A DNA stretch of 63,725 bases, the filler included, from Octopus bimaculoides (lineage: Eukaryota): the NCBI RefSeq assembly GCF_001194135.2. It is 3 parts of 3 records of this genome, joined end to end, with 100 filler letters (N's around TTAATTAATTAA, not from the genome) between each part and the next. Parts side by side here need not be neighbours in the genome. Positions count along the whole stretch, not along the records: positions 29,861 to 61,741 come from NC_069010.1; 2 more parts are not named here. One strand, 5' to 3'. The notes under the pieces were generated by a model that was given only the letters and a program-made list of their open reading frames with translations, searched no databases and was not told the origin of the DNA. The position numbers were made by a program, and so were the translations under genes. Positions 39,085 through 50,639 of the stretch are shown piece by piece (positions within the stretch are counted from its first letter, which is position 1; the number at the start of each line of letters is the position of its first letter).

Positions 39085-39773
39085 CATCGTCATCACATCA
39101 TCATCATCATCACCATCATCTTGTGTCTATTTTTTCAAGTTTTAATGTGTTAGACTACTTCTCCCACAGCTGTTGTCTTTTGCTCTCTAAATTGTGGCCT
39201 TGATCCAGTGAAAGAAATCCTTGAGTTATGAACCAAGACAATTAATTTGGTGTCTTCTATAATATTTGAGAAATAAGAAGTATTATATTTTTTTGTATAA
39301 TTGTGATCATTCTGGTATCTTGTCTATTTGTAATTCAATTGGTCCCCGTGTACCTAATATTACTGGTAATATTTGTCAGTCCAGTCCGCACTTTCCAGAT
39401 ATTTCTAAATGCTGATATTCCAGAGGATGAAGAGGCATCACACATCATTATTACCAGCATTGATCCTGTGATGTTATCAGATGGTTTTTCAGTGCCTTCC
39501 TGAAAAACAAAATAAATACTGCTCCTGCTATCTGTTTACCATACATTTTCTCAAATCCTTCATTTTTATCTTCATTTTTCATTTCAACATCTTTGTTATT
39601 TTTGTCGACACCCTTTGAATTAGAGAGCAACATCTTATATTTCTCATGTTTCTTAGCTATTTTTTTATATTTCTCTATTGATATAGTTTCTATGTTATAT
39701 CTATAACCAACAGTACAGTTTTGTATATTATTGTTAATGTTGTTGTTATCTCTTATCGTTGTATCTTTTGCAG

Positions 39774-39979
39774 CTATCTATTTAGGAGTTACAACAGTTG
39801 AGCAGGATATCATCAAGAATGATTTTCCTCATGACACAGTAAAACAGAGTTACCAAATGCTTTGTGAGTGGTTTCTAAGTTGTGTGCCAGAGGAACGTAC
39901 GGTTGAGACACTCAGGAAAGCTTTGCAAGATGCTGAGTGCTTTGCTGCACTTGAATATCTTTCATTACAAGAAGAGTAA
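39774..39979 (+). CDS. Death-domain gene, terminal exon (AIYLGVTTVEQDIIKNDFPHDTVKQSYQMLCEWF...TLRKALQDAECFAALEYLSLQEE*)
   Basis: ttttgcag acceptor at 39773; DD signature LG..i..I....p......MLxxW......tv..L..aL; ends in TAA. Confidence 0.8.
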
Positions 39980-40321
39980 ATTTCTGTGTAAATGTTGTTT
40001 AGTCCCAGGTGAATGCTGACCAAAGGGAGACCTACGATCAAAGTATAAAGAACTCAGAAACACATTGTATAACGTGTGAAATGCAGTGGATTTGGTTACT
40101 AGTTCTAGACGATTTAGCTACCATATAGAGAGTCCTTCACTGGTTTGGATTCTTTGTTAGAATAAATATAAACTTTGAAATGTCCATTTGTTGTTGTTGC
40201 TGCTGCAGTTGTATATATAATCACCTTCCTAAACAATTCCAATGTTATTTAGACAGTTTTAATATCCTCTGGTCAATTCATAGTTTTCTGACTTCATTTA
40301 TAACTTAGAATAAAATGTCTA

Positions 40322-40364
<43 letters not shown>

Positions 40365-40365
<1 letters not shown>

Positions 40366-40757
40366 TTCTCTTTCTCTTTTCTCTTTTAATTGTTTCAGTC
40401 ATTTGACTGCAGCCATGCTGGAGTACAACCTTTAGTCGAGCATATCGACCCCAGGACTTATTCTTTGGAAGCCCAGTACTTATTCTATCGGTGTCTTTTG
40501 CCGAACCATTACGTCATGGGGACGTAAACACACCACCATCGGTTGTCAAGTGATGCTGGGGGACAAACACAGACACACATATATATACATACATACGACG
40601 GGCTTCTTTCAGTTTCCATCTACCAAATCCACTCGCAAGGTTTTGGTTGGACCGAGGCTATAGTAGAAGACACTTACCCAAGGTGCCACGCAATGGGAAT
40701 GAACCCAGAACCACGTGGTTGGTAAGCAAGCTACTTACCACACAGCCACTCCTGCGA
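40365..40757 (-). mobile_element. SINE family 1, full length
   Basis: Complete tail-to-head match between (TA)n runs. Confidence 0.85.
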
Positions 40758-41717
40758 CTATATATATANNNNNNNNNNNNNNNNNNNNNNNNNNNNNNNN
40801 NNNNNNNNNNNNNNNNNNNNNNNNNNNNNNNNNNNNNNNNNNNNNNNNNNNNNNNNNNNNNNNNNNNNNNNNNNNNNNNNNNNNNNNNNNNNNNNNNNNN
40901 NNNNNNNNNNNNNNNNNNNNNNNNNNNNNNNNNNNNNNNNNNNNNNNNNNNNNNNNNNNNNNNNNNNNNNNNNNNNNNNNNNNNNNNNNNNNNNNNNNNN
41001 NNNNNNNNNNNNNNNNNNNNNNNNNNNNNNNNNNNNNNNNNNNNNNNNNNNNNNNNNNNNNNNNNNNNNNNNNNNNNNNNNNNNNNNNNNNNNNNNNNNN
41101 NNNNNNNNNNNNNNNNNNNNNNNNNNNNNNNNNNNNNNNNNNNNNNNNNNNNNNNNNNNNNNNNNNNNNNNNNNNNNNNNNNNNNNNNNNNNNNNNNNNN
41201 NNNNNNNNNNNNNNNNNNNNNNNNNNNNNNNNNNNNNNNNNNNNNNNNNNNNNNNNNNNNNNNNNNNNNNNNNNNNNNNNNNNNNNNNNNNNNNNNNNNN
41301 NNNNNNNNNNNNNNNNNNNNNNNNNNNNNNNNNNNNNNNNNNNNNNNNNNNNNNNNNNNNNNNNNNNNNNNNNNNNNNNNNNNNNNNNNNNNNNNNNNNN
41401 NNNNNNNNNNNNNNNNNNNNNNNNNNNNNNNNNNNNNNNNNNNNNNNNNNNNNNNNNNNNNNNNNNNNNNNNNNNNNNNNNNNNNNNNNNNNNNNNNNNN
41501 NNNNNNNNNNNNNNNNNNNNNNNNNNNNNNNNNNNNNNNNNNNNNNNNNNNNNNNNNNNNNNNNNNNNNNNNNNNNNNNNNNNNNNNNNNNNNNNNNNNN
41601 NNNNNNNNNNNNNNNNNNNNNNNNNNNNNNNNNNNNNNNNNNNNNNNNNNNNNNNNNNNNNNNNNNNNNNNNNNNNNNNNNNNNNNNNNNNNNNNNNNNN
41701 NNNNNNNNNNNNNNNNC

Positions 41718-41992
41718 TTGGCTTGCCGGGTCTTCTCACGCACAGCCCATTTCCAAAGGTCTCGGTCCGTAGTCATCGCCTCGGTGAGGCCCAATGTACG
41801 AAGGTCTTGCCTCACCACCTCAGCCCAGGTCTTCCTGGGCCTACCTCTTCCACGGGTTCCCTCAACTGTTAGGGTGTGGCACTTTTTCACGCAGCTATCC
41901 TCCTCCATTCTCACCACATGTCCATACCAGCGCAATCGTCTCTCTTGCACGCCACAACTGATGCTTCTAATGTTCAGCTTTTCTCTCAAGAT
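41718..41992 (-). mobile_element. RTE-clade LINE ORF2 C-terminus
   Basis: RRLRWYGHVVRMEEDSCVKKC...GRGRPRKTWAEVVRQDLRTLGL. Confidence 0.85.
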
Positions 41993-43676
41993 ACTTACAT
42001 ATATATATATATATATATATATCGATGTATTTTTATCTTTCTTTGTCATATAGAAATGGTATTTCTATGTTATATACAATGTATCTAACGATACATCACC
42101 TTGTCCCATTATGGTTTAGGGACGGTCAGATGTGGGGATGGTTTTATAATAATTCGTGGGGTCTTGAGTGCAATTAAGAATTATTTTTATTTTACATTCT
42201 CGCTTTAGGATCCTCGTTATTTACTAGTTATAAAGTTTTAATAAAATAAAACTTGACGTTGTACATCCAAACCGGAAACCTTTAATAATAACTATGCTGA
42301 AAAATCCACCAAATCAAAATACTGATACATTTGTTTTAATCTCATGGGATTGTTGAAAAGCCACAGTGATTCTCACTTTCGAAATAATTTCAGGGAATAA
42401 GCAAAGTATTGTTTTTCCACACAATATTTAACTTCACACTTCTCGAACTTTATTGCATTTAAATTTGCTATTTAATTTCACAATCGTTACATCATAGACT
42501 CAGATAAAATTGTAAATAATTAAAGCACATGAATCTTCCTAGAAGGACTTCCTTTGACCATAAAATTATAGGATTTGGCAGAAAGCTCTACATTGCAAAA
42601 TTTAATGAAACAAGATAGGAAGACTCGTAAGCATTATCCATTTGTTAATTGATTCTTTTGTGATAGGCGTTAACAAATTAAATACAAAAATATTTAAATT
42701 GCCTCAAATTTATTTCGGAAACTGATACAAAATTACAATTGAAAATTATTTGTATTAGAACAACTTATTTGGTATCAAATTTTGTATATAATTATTTCAA
42801 AATAAATTGCTTACTGACATATATCTTCAAAAACTGGGAGTGAAATTATACTCAAACATTACTCCCATTACTTAACTTGAGAGAGGAGAAATTACAGCTT
42901 GCTTATACAAAGGTAAATTTACCTTCTCTCGATAAAAAATAGTATTAGGGACCCTTCTTGCATCATCCCTACTCATGGCACCTTAGTTCTTCATAGAAAC
43001 AGTAAAATTCGATTCTAATTGATGGCAAATATTACCTTCCAATTAAAGTTAGTCTATAAGCATTTACACCTAAGCCTATCACAAGTAATCGAGCATTATT
43101 ATCCTTCGAGTTTAAAATTTCACCTCTCACACATAACTAAATTATATAATATATTATTTTACTGCCCCTCAATATTACCTTCTCACCCCTTTTAATCATA
43201 TACCACCAGTTTTATTAACTCTTAACTTAAATTTAGACTATAGAGTGCACAAATATCCATTACCCTAACCCTAACCCCTCCCTAAATTGAACATTTGGCC
43301 AACTACAATGACTTACTTTGACTTTATTTGCAACTAACTTTACCTTCCTATACTATCGGTTGGTTTGTTTCACTTAATTTAGTCTGAATCTAATTTCAGT
43401 CAGCATGGAACTACTTCCATCTATTGTACACCCCCTATTAGATTCACTTATTTCAATACCCTCACCCCCATTTAACATATAATTATTTAACATATTAATA
43501 TGAACTTCACACCTATTTTAGTTTGTATTTGCTTGTACTTTGTATTGCAGTTAGTGCTTTTCTGTCAGCCATTATTGATAGGTGTGTTATTATATGCATG
43601 GAAGCCCATTTGTTGAAGCTCCAATATGTATGCACCCAAGCATGGATTGATAATAATAATAATAATAATAATAATA

Positions 43677-43735
<59 letters not shown>

Positions 43736-44076
43736 CAATAATAATAATAATATAATATGAAGTATGACTAAGCAAATTGTGGTATGAACCTGCATTTGCA
43801 ATGTTAATAACAATTAGCAAGTAATTCAATTGTAATCATTCAATTAATTTAGAGATTTATTCTTATACTAATTTTTATGATCATTAGACTTGACTTAGAG
43901 AATGTTTAGTCAATTAACCGTTTGAATTTCTAATCACCTAACTGTTTGGGTGATGTGGACGTTTGTTCAGAAATCAGACTCTGTATTATATACTCAAAAT
44001 TTAGTTCATGTCCCTAGTTTTTATCTCCCCTTAACCGTTATTTTTGTTTTTCCTTATCATTCTTCCTAATTCATTT

Positions 44077-44420
44077 CCAAGACGCCTCCAAACAAGTCTG
44101 GCGCATGACCAATAGAGTTCGTGGGGCTGGCCATCCAAGTCTGGCGACTTGTCTCCTGTACAGCCTGCCATCGTATCCTGTACGTTCGCGGTTTTGATGG
44201 GTCTTTCACAACGCTCTGCCTCTCTTGCCGAGAGTCGGAGTAGGCCTTTTTATTCTGTTATATCCTTATAAACGATGCCTGTTAAGCTGTTTTGCCGAAC
44301 AACTTGTCCGTTGGATATTTTCTCATGCTCCCTGTGCTCTTGTCAGGTGCAGCTTGCCTCTGTTGGACCCATGGTTGTTGGTTAAGTAATTAATAGAAAA
44401 GGTTGTCTGTCTTTTGTCTG
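44077..44420 (-). mobile_element. Tx1/L1-type RT fragment (inverted duplicate of ~60430-60770)
   Basis: GDKSPDLDGQPHELY remnant; near-identical to the reverse complement of 60430-60770. Confidence 0.65.
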
Positions 44421-44975
44421 CGTGCAATTCTGTTGTCCTTGCTAATTTTAGCAAGTGTGCATGGAAATAGCACCAGGAACATGTTTAATTCGTTTCCTCG
44501 AACTCCTCTTAGCTCACGTTATATCATATTTACCAGCATATATACTCTCTGCCATTTCGGATGTTGTTTCCATTTGGCTTTTTTCTTGCACTTGTATGAA
44601 CATTTAGTTGTGGTTGTTGTACACACGTGTTTTTTTGGGGGGGACATTTGTTTTATACTCGTTTGTTTTACTTTCAACTTTCAGGCTGTTGAGGGGGTAA
44701 TGTTGTAAAGGAAATTTGTTTTTTTTTTTGTTGAACCTTTCAATGTTCTTTAGTTCAAAGGTTAATCTCAAATAAGGGAGCCAAACTATGAAAGGAGTCT
44801 CTAGAGAGATCTGCAAGATTTAATTGCTAAATCCTCTTCAATTCACAACTTGTCACCTTAAAGAACGTATTGGACAAAGTGGTTGTGGGAAAAGACAGGA
44901 TGATTCTGGCTGAAGGAATTGAATCCTGGGTCACTGTTTCGTAAAGTTAGGCCTGGGACTAAAGAGCAGCAACAT

Positions 44976-45430
44976 TTACACACATCTCCCTTCTTTGTCT
45001 AATGATAGATATTCAAATGCAGTGAAGCACTTGTCTTCTTTAAGAGCTTCTTTTAGTGATCTGTGTGTCCGTTTTTCTAGATTATAACTTCTAAACCATT
45101 TGTACAGCATTTGGTCGATCTCTTATTCTAGAATGTTCAAAGGATAGTTATGCTTGATCCAGGTCAGTAGTTTTAATTCCCAAGAAAATACCAATTTGTT
45201 ACCAATTACTTCCTAACTGCCGTGACACCTTCAGGAGATCCTTCTCTTCCAGGTTTTCGGAATCAACTTCCTGGAATGTAGCCTCTAATGGCTGTGAATC
45301 AGTCTGTAAGTTCTTCTCCTCAACCTTTGCACATTCAACTGTCTGTGATGTGGTCAGGACGTTCTGCAGACAAATTGCAGTCTCTGTCACCATTTGGACT
45401 TCCTTTTCTTCAATCTTTGCAGTCTCAACT
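44976..45430 (-). pseudogene. Intronless death-domain pseudogene, paralogue of the 37912-39979 gene
   Basis: LEEKDLLKVSRQLGSNW*QIGIFLGIKTTDLD/IKHNYPLNILE*EIDQMLYKWFRSYNLEKRTHRSLKEALKEDKCFTAFEYLSLDKE; two stops and one frameshift; no intron at the GSNWQQ|AIYLG site. Confidence 0.8.
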
Positions 45431-45615
45431 TGCTATGATTTACTTTTTGAACATGACCCCAGGGATGGAATTTCATGTATTAACTTCACACAACCTACAT
45501 GGTATTTGTAGTGAGAATAATGTCTTTAATTTTTGTTTAGACGTTTCATTTTTAAGAAGGTTCAATGAAGTTAGGTCTCTTTTGTTTTTCCAGTAAAAAT
45601 TGGCTNNNNNNNNNN

Positions 45616-46560
45616 TTCGGCCTGAATCTCCCTCCACTTGGGATTGCATGTGAAAGTGATGAATAAGTCAGGCCTGCCGTAATGGCGGACAAAGGTCATT
45701 GCATCCTGTGTTCTTTCATGCATATATCAGGGACTTCCAATGAATGTGGAAGGCAAGATGCAAAGTCTTCCTATGCTTGTTGGAGCAGCATCCTTGTTCA
45801 TGGCATCTCGGAGATGGATGTAGTTGTCAGAGCACAATTTTTGTTGATGTGATCTGATGAAACACAATCTCTCTGATTCCACTTTTGCGCACATATCGAC
45901 TGCAAATTGATGAAACAGTTCTCCAGACTGGTGGAGGTGATTACAGGAGTTGTTTCGTATCATAAATCAGTATGAGTAGAAGTCCATGCAGGATACTGGC
46001 TTGTTGAGATATTCATTGCGATTTTGTGGATGTTGCTGTGGTATACCGATGTGGTAGCCATCCTCACCGTAAACAAACAAAAGTGGATACTGAAGTGTAT
46101 CGTATGATCGGTGTGTTTCTGTAANNNNNNNNNNGTGTGTTTCTGTAATTCGTTGGAGGGTGGTGTCACGTCGCCTAAGGACAATGTCTCTGGGATTGTG
46201 CTGTTCACCGTGAAGGAGTACGGCTATTTCATTGCGTGTGGGTGCATTGTAACGGCCTGCATGTTCTGTAGATGGTCTTTTCTGAGCATCTATGATAACA
46301 TTGAAATTCGAAGAAGCTTCTGTTTCTAAGGCATACTTGAAGCTGTGTACGTAGCTGTTTGTTTGGTGTAGAAGTTCTTGTAGTTGCATTATCAATTGAA
46401 ATTTAGTGCCATTGGAAATGGAGTTTCGTCGGGTGGCTTGTTCATGTAAATTACCTACAAAGTACAGTTGAAGGAATTGAGGATCTTTATTTTCAGCAGG
46501 TTCGAGCGATCCTATCCTATGGTAAACCTGTCCCTGCACTTTGAAAGTTGGCATAAACCC
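45616..46560 (-). pseudogene. Helitron Rep fragment (copy A)
   Basis: FMPTFKVQGQVYHRIGSL, HRSYDTLQYPLL, ILPSTFIGSP*YMHERTQDAMTFVRHYGRPDLFITFTCNP. Confidence 0.9.
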
Positions 46561-46825
46561 GTTCTCAAAGGCATGGTAGAGTACTTCTTTGCTCCTTCCT
46601 CCGTCTTGAAATAAACCTTCACTGTTCCATACTTCCTTCTTCTCATAAATAATACAACTTCCTCTGTAATTTCTTTCAAACAATTCTCAATCACTTCTGT
46701 CTCTGCAATTTCGATTTTCTTGGAGCCAGTATTCAACGTTTTATTTGTAATAATTTTTCTCTCGGCTTCCTCCTTATTTCTTTGGGTGGGTTAACCCGCA
46801 GACCGTCTCATTCTTTCTTCAAATA
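46561..46825 (-). mobile_element. Fragment of LINE-type Gag/ORF1, related to 50745-51740
   Basis: TLNTGSKKIEIAETEVIENC...RRKYGTVKVYFKTEEGAKKYST aligns with TMKADTRKIEIAPIEAIEEC...GRRYATVEVRLTTEEAIKHST. Confidence 0.75.
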
Positions 46826-47227
46826 CTATAGTGGTGTGGGTCGTTTTAAGTCTCCGTACTCTAGGAAGGTTAGAGGTGAAGTGGATGATTCTATTGTATC
46901 TTCGTGATAAGTAATGAGAATGAGATGTAAAGGGACAATGTTTTTGAGATTCCGGTTCGAATGACATCAATGTTTTTGTTTCACTTTTGACACGTAATAC
47001 TTAAATAGTGGAGGGGATATGATGTTGCTGTGGGCTCGAACTATGCAAGAGGTTAAAAAATGTTTTTGACTAAAACACAACCGGGACCCTAAGTAAGGCA
47101 TGTGTAAAATTTGAATGAAATTGGTTGTGTAGTTCTTGAGTTTTAGGGATTTACATAGACACATAGACACACACACACACACACAGACAGACAGACAGAC
47201 AGATTCTCATTTTTATATATATATAGA
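46826..47227 (-). mobile_element. Helitron 5' terminus (copy A)
   Basis: Minus strand starts A|TCTATATATATATAAAAATGAGAATCTGTCTG with (GTCT)n; 46826-47065 matches 55348-55610. Confidence 0.8.
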
Positions 47228-47228
47228 T

Positions 47229-47395
47229 GCATGTGCTGTACATTGGTTCGCTCTCTCTCCATCAAATCGACGTTGTCTGAACAGGAGGATGGTGTATCAC
47301 GTGTCAGGTGTCGGAGTTATGACAGAGGAACATGAGATGAAGCGTTTTACTCAAGAACACAACACACCACCCCGTCTAGGAACTGAAACTGATGG
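47229..47395 (-). mobile_element. SINE family 4 fragment abutting the Helitron 5' end
   Basis: Homologous to 28866-29020 (ctctctctccatcaaatcg...caagaacacaac). Confidence 0.7.
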
Positions 47396-48759
47396 CAACA
47401 ATTAAATGTGCACACACACACACACACTCATATGCTCGTGCATCCCAGCCTCCCACTCCTACATTGTGTTGAGAATTATCTCCCTTCACTAAGATAAAGT
47501 AGAAACATTTATGCAAGGATTCTAGAAATGTAAAAGGTTTGTAGGAGAAATGGTGCAGAGACAGAGCGTTTAAGACTTACCGAATATATTAGATAGAACT
47601 ACTGCAGACATACATACATACAAAGATACATACATACATATGTATATACATACATACATACATACATACATACATACATACATACATACATACATACATA
47701 CATACATACATTACCCATGACTGGAACTATAAAAATCTGTAAAACTTTCCAGAAGTTTATCATTTAAATATATATGATCATGTCTAGATGTGTAACTATT
47801 TGCATGAGAATACATACATAAAACATACAAATCTGCACATACATACACACATACAAACAAATATACCCTGTTGTTGATGAAGGAACCTTGGATCTAAATT
47901 AGAAACCGGTTCTTTCTGTATTGGCAAGAAAACTGAATAATGGCATACATAATTACATACACGTGCGCATGCGTGTATGTATTTAGGAAGGGTACTGAAA
48001 ATTGTCTGGTTTTAAAAGTGTTATGAATGTCCTGGTTGGAGTTTTGTTTCTCTGTCGGGCTTAGGGAGTCCTTCCGTCCCTATTCGTCACCTCATTAATG
48101 ACACACCCTCGTTACACCAGCTTTCCTTCACGTTTCTCTTCCTTCTGTCTCCTTCTTTAAACGTTCTTTCTTTATATTTCTATGGATGTGAGATATAATG
48201 TATACGGGAGAGAGGAATACAGTGGTAAAGAGAATGTGTTTGTGTGTGTGTGTGTGTTTGATCGTTCGTATGATTGTATGTTTGTATGTATGTGTGTGTT
48301 CGTGTGCATATGCATGTTCGTTTGTGAGTGTGTATATGTGTGTGTATGTGCATGTGTGCGTTAATGTATGGCTTCAACTTCATTTCCTATAACGCCATCG
48401 CTCGATTTTCACCTGAAACCTGAGCCAGCTGAATGTGGCTTTTAAGTCCTGCTTCGGATTTGCAGTCTTTTGTACAGACGTGACAAAAGTGGGCGCCTCT
48501 TGTGGTTGGCGTTACAGTATAGTAACTTGTGATTTCACTGATTCTGGGCCTAAGCCCAGCTCTTCATAAATATTCACCTCCTCAGATATCGCAGACCAGA
48601 CATTCCACATTTACTCCAATGGTGCGCCCTTTTCTTATAGCATCCTTAAAATCAGTTTGAAAAATGCGTGTATTTCCAAAAATGCTTCCGCTTTTCCTTA
48701 TTTATTTTCTCAATTTATGGCGATGACAAGCATCGCTTTCACAATTAACCTCTCATATT

Positions 48760-49090
48760 TCATATACCTTCAACGAGATCTTTACACAGTCCTTAAATCG
48801 TAGTCTTTGTTTCTGCCAGGGACTCTTTCCATAAACAACTTTAGCTTATAGCATCTGCTTAGGGATTTTCTGATCCTTAATCTAAAGAAGATGCCCAGTC
48901 CAACTTTAATTGGTTTTGGTATATCATCATTATTTTCTGTGGTTTTATACTTTGACAAATAATTCAACCTTTCTCCTTCTCTGGGCAACATATTTTTCCT
49001 TTGATGCTTTTAAAATAGGAAAATTTCTTTGACAGTCATTGACTAGAACAAGATGAAGATCTCAAGCAGTAAGGAACTGAGCTGGGGGTC
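48760..49090 (-). mobile_element. RTE/BovB-like LINE C-terminal remnant
   Basis: WTGHLL*IKDQKIPKQML*AKVVYGKSPWQKQRLRFKDCVKISLK. Confidence 0.7.
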
Positions 49091-50639
49091 ATCAAATTTT
49101 GAAGTGACCCTTTTTAGATTTATAAAGTCGCTAAAAGTGTTACGTTTTATCAATTTATAGAAAACTAACACTTTTATAAATGAGTTCATTGCTACAGATT
49201 AAATGTTAAACTAAATTTGCTCCAGCTGGTCTATATAAACAGTAACCTACAGCTTCGAACAGCTTTATTATTTTGTTGTGTATTTACATCGCATATGATG
49301 TGTGAATATAATTTCACCCCCAGTTATTCAAGCAAAAAATCAGAAACATATATTTTCAATTTATTTAGAATAATTTTGTACAAAGTATGATACAAAATAA
49401 TTTTGTTGTGTCTGGGGAGAGTCATTCTCCTTTAGTGCCTTATAATTTAACACACTCACCAGTAAAATTTTGTTTTGTTTTAATAGTAAATATCAATATC
49501 TGAATAATTTTTTTATTTAAATTTAATATCTTGATTATTTAATTTGAAAACAATCAGATTTGTTCACTTCTATCACAAAAGAATCCAATAAAAGATGAAT
49601 AATACTTATGAGTCGTCCTTTCCCATTCCACAAAACTCTGCTCGGTAGAGTTTCCTGTCACATCTTATAATGTACATAAAAGTTTCATGTGTTTTACTTA
49701 TTCAATCTTGGTCTCTGCTTTAAGAACTTGAAATCTAATTTCAAATTAAAATAACTTGTAATAACAGTAGAGTAGTATGAAGGTAAATGTTGTAGGGCAA
49801 AACTGTACTCTTCCTTTATCTGAAGTTATTTAAAAAGAAGGAGACATTGTGGCGTTTCCACAATCACATGGAATTGAAATAACAAGTGTTGTGTCATTAT
49901 TTTATTATCTCAGGATTTTGTAGCACAGCTATTATTGAATTTTATTTTTTTAATGTATTTTCATGTGTATAATCGTGAAGATTTATTTTTACTGACAAAA
50001 ATTGCAGCAATTAGTAAATAATGAAGATCCTAAAGTAAGAATATAAAATAAAAAATATTGTATATTGCACTCAAAACCCCTTGAATTTTTATTCAACCAC
50101 CCCCACTTTGGAGAGGCCTGTCTTAAACCACAAAAGGACAAAGTGAGATATCCTTAGATACATCATATTTTATGTAGAAATACTCTATAGGATATATAAA
50201 TGGAAAAAGACATCAATATATATATACCAGGCATTCTACTCTCAGCTAAAAATGAAGGTAGATAACTATTAATATAGCAGAAGATATTAAAGCTGTCTAT
50301 ATAACACTGGGGGAGTTTAGGGAGGGGGTTAGATATACAACAACAGCAACAACAACAATAAATGAACATTTTTCAAAGTTTCTCTTTATTTTAAAAGTGA
50401 ATTTTGAACAAAGGAGTCAAACCAGTGAAGGGGTCACCATGTGGTTGAGATACATGCTAGAATTAGTNNNNNNNNNNNNNNNNNNNNNNNNNNNNNNNNN
50501 NNNNNNNNNNNNNNNNNNNNNNNNNNNNNNNNNNNNNNNNNNNNNNNNNNNNNNNNNNNNNNNNNNNTCTTTGCTGTGTGTTGCTTGTGTTATATACTCA
50601 GTCGACAACAGACATGCATGAAGTGCTGTCTGGCCAGTG

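Noticed and set aside
43262-43276. ccctaaccctaacc telomere-like motif
   Set aside because: Only two units; expected by chance
42100-44070. AT-rich region resembling a NUMT (also 49100-50400 and 53650-54800)
   Set aside because: I could not recognise any mitochondrial gene or rRNA motif in either genetic code; more likely old LINE debris. A BLAST search would settle it.
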